In this document: piece by piece, positions 63,128-64,000 of the stretch
Layout: each line of letters opens with the position of its first letter
Numbering within the stretch: the first letter of the stretch is position 1
From: an uncultured Alphaproteobacteria bacterium
GTDB lineage: Bacteria; Pseudomonadota; Alphaproteobacteria; RF32; CAG-239
Reading direction: 5' to 3'
Length of the DNA: 64,000 nt
NCBI GenBank assembly: GCA_910577205.1
Contig: CAJTMA010000001.1
Coordinates: 137,840-201,839 of the forward strand
The notes under the pieces: model-generated
What the model was told of the DNA's origin: nothing
What the model saw: only the letters and a program-made list of their open reading frames with translations
Databases searched by the model: none
Program-made: the position numbers and the translations under genes

Positions 63128-63712
63128 ATGAAAATAGTTGCCATAACGGGTTCTATCGGCTGTGGGAAAACCACTTTGGCGCATTTGGTTCGCGATTTGG
63201 GATATACGGTTTATGATGCCGATGGCTGGGTACGGCGCTTATATTATCAAAAAGATTTTATTGCGGCGGTTGGCAGGCAGTTTCCTGAAGTGATTGAAAA
63301 CGGCAAAGTTAACAAACGCCGGCTGCGGGATATTGTTTTTAGTGACAACAGCCGCTTAAAAGTGCTGGAAGCTCTGGTTCATCCTTTTCTGAAGCAAATG
63401 TTTAAAAAACTGAAAAAGCGCAATGCCGGTTATGACGATTTGTTTTTTATTGATGTCGCTTTGCTGTTTGAGATGGGATGGGATAAATTCTGTGATTATG
63501 TGATTGTGGCTGATGTGGCGTATGAGTTGCAAAAACAAAGAGTGATGAAAAGAGATAATATCAGCAGTGAAGATTTTGAGAAAATCAATAAAGTTCAGAT
63601 GAGCAATGAAGCCAAAAAACAGCTTGCCGATGCGGTTATTAACACGGATAAGCCGCTGAATTTGCTGAAAGCAAGCTTGTTGTGCGTCATTAGTGAAATT
63701 GAGGATTGCTGA
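63128..63712 (+). CDS. coaE: Dephospho-CoA kinase.
   Basis: KIVAITGSIGCGKTT P-loop. ~195 aa. Alternative TTG start at 63116. Confidence 0.9.
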   Translation: MKIVAITGSIGCGKTTLAHLVRDLGYTVYDADGWVRRLYYQKDFIAAVGRQFPEVIENGKVNKRRLRDIVFSDNSRLKVLEALVHPFLKQMFKKLKKRNAGYDDLFFIDVALLFEMGWDKFCDYVIVADVAYELQKQRVMKRDNISSEDFEKINKVQMSNEAKKQLADAVINTDKPLNLLKASLLCVISEIEDC

Positions 63713-63714
63713 AA

Positions 63715-64000
63715 ATGGTCAGAGAGATTGTATTCGATACGGAAACCACGGGTTTTAAAGTTAATGAGGGTGACAGGCTGGTTGAAATCGGTGCGGTGGA
63801 ATTAATAAACCATATGCCAACCGGCGTGACTTATCACCAATATATTAACCCGGAGAGAGATGTTCCGGATGACGCGTTTAAAGTTCACGGGTTAAGCTAT
63901 GACTTTTTGAAAAGTTATCCGACTTTTAAACAAGTGGCCGATGAATGGCTGGACTTTGTCGGGGATGCCGTTTTGGTCGCGCATAATGCGTCTTTCGATA
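63715..64000 (+). CDS. dnaQ: DNA polymerase III epsilon subunit (3'-5' exonuclease), 5' partial in window.
   Basis: REIVFDTETTG Exo I motif and VAHNASFD Exo II. Runs off the window end. Confidence 0.88.
   Translation, partial: MVREIVFDTETTGFKVNEGDRLVEIGAVELINHMPTGVTYHQYINPERDVPDDAFKVHGLSYDFLKSYPTFKQVADEWLDFVGDAVLVAHNASFD

Overview
This 64-kb window looks like a chromosomal segment from an alphaproteobacterium-like organism with moderate to low GC. I read it almost gap-free on both strands.

Housekeeping core:
- xthA, gyrB, dapE, mutS, dnaK, polA, gpmI, ctpA, rppH, recR, ybaB, dnaX, rsmI, radA, mlaFE, a short hprK, tsaE, parAB, rsmG, mnmG, mnmE, rho, coaE and the start of dnaQ.
- One RNA gene, the SRP (4.5S) RNA, lies just upstream of dnaX.

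Accessory and unusual content, in window order:
- Three tiny Ser-rich ORFs in a row, each with an AAGGAG ribosome-binding site.
- An archaemetzincin-like protease translationally coupled to a 636-aa protein with no recognisable motifs.
- Three paralogous Cys-rich secreted proteins with DUF1566 (Lcl C-terminal-like) segments. Two of them share a near-identical promoter and leader.
- A ~0.8–0.9-kb imperfect inverted repeat pair. Each arm encodes an XRE-type HTH protein, and the pair brackets the gpmI–rppH cluster. One arm carries a MITE-like insertion with 32-bp terminal inverted repeats.
- A poly-A slippery run in dnaX, positioned as expected for tau/gamma frameshifting.
- Three tandem HD-domain paralogs plus a hypothetical gene inserted into the conserved mnmE–mnmG–rsmG–parAB block.
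- A 510-bp rho/coaE intergenic region with a perfect DnaA box and two tandem CtrA boxes, a candidate oriC.

I found no CRISPR array and no tRNA or rRNA genes.
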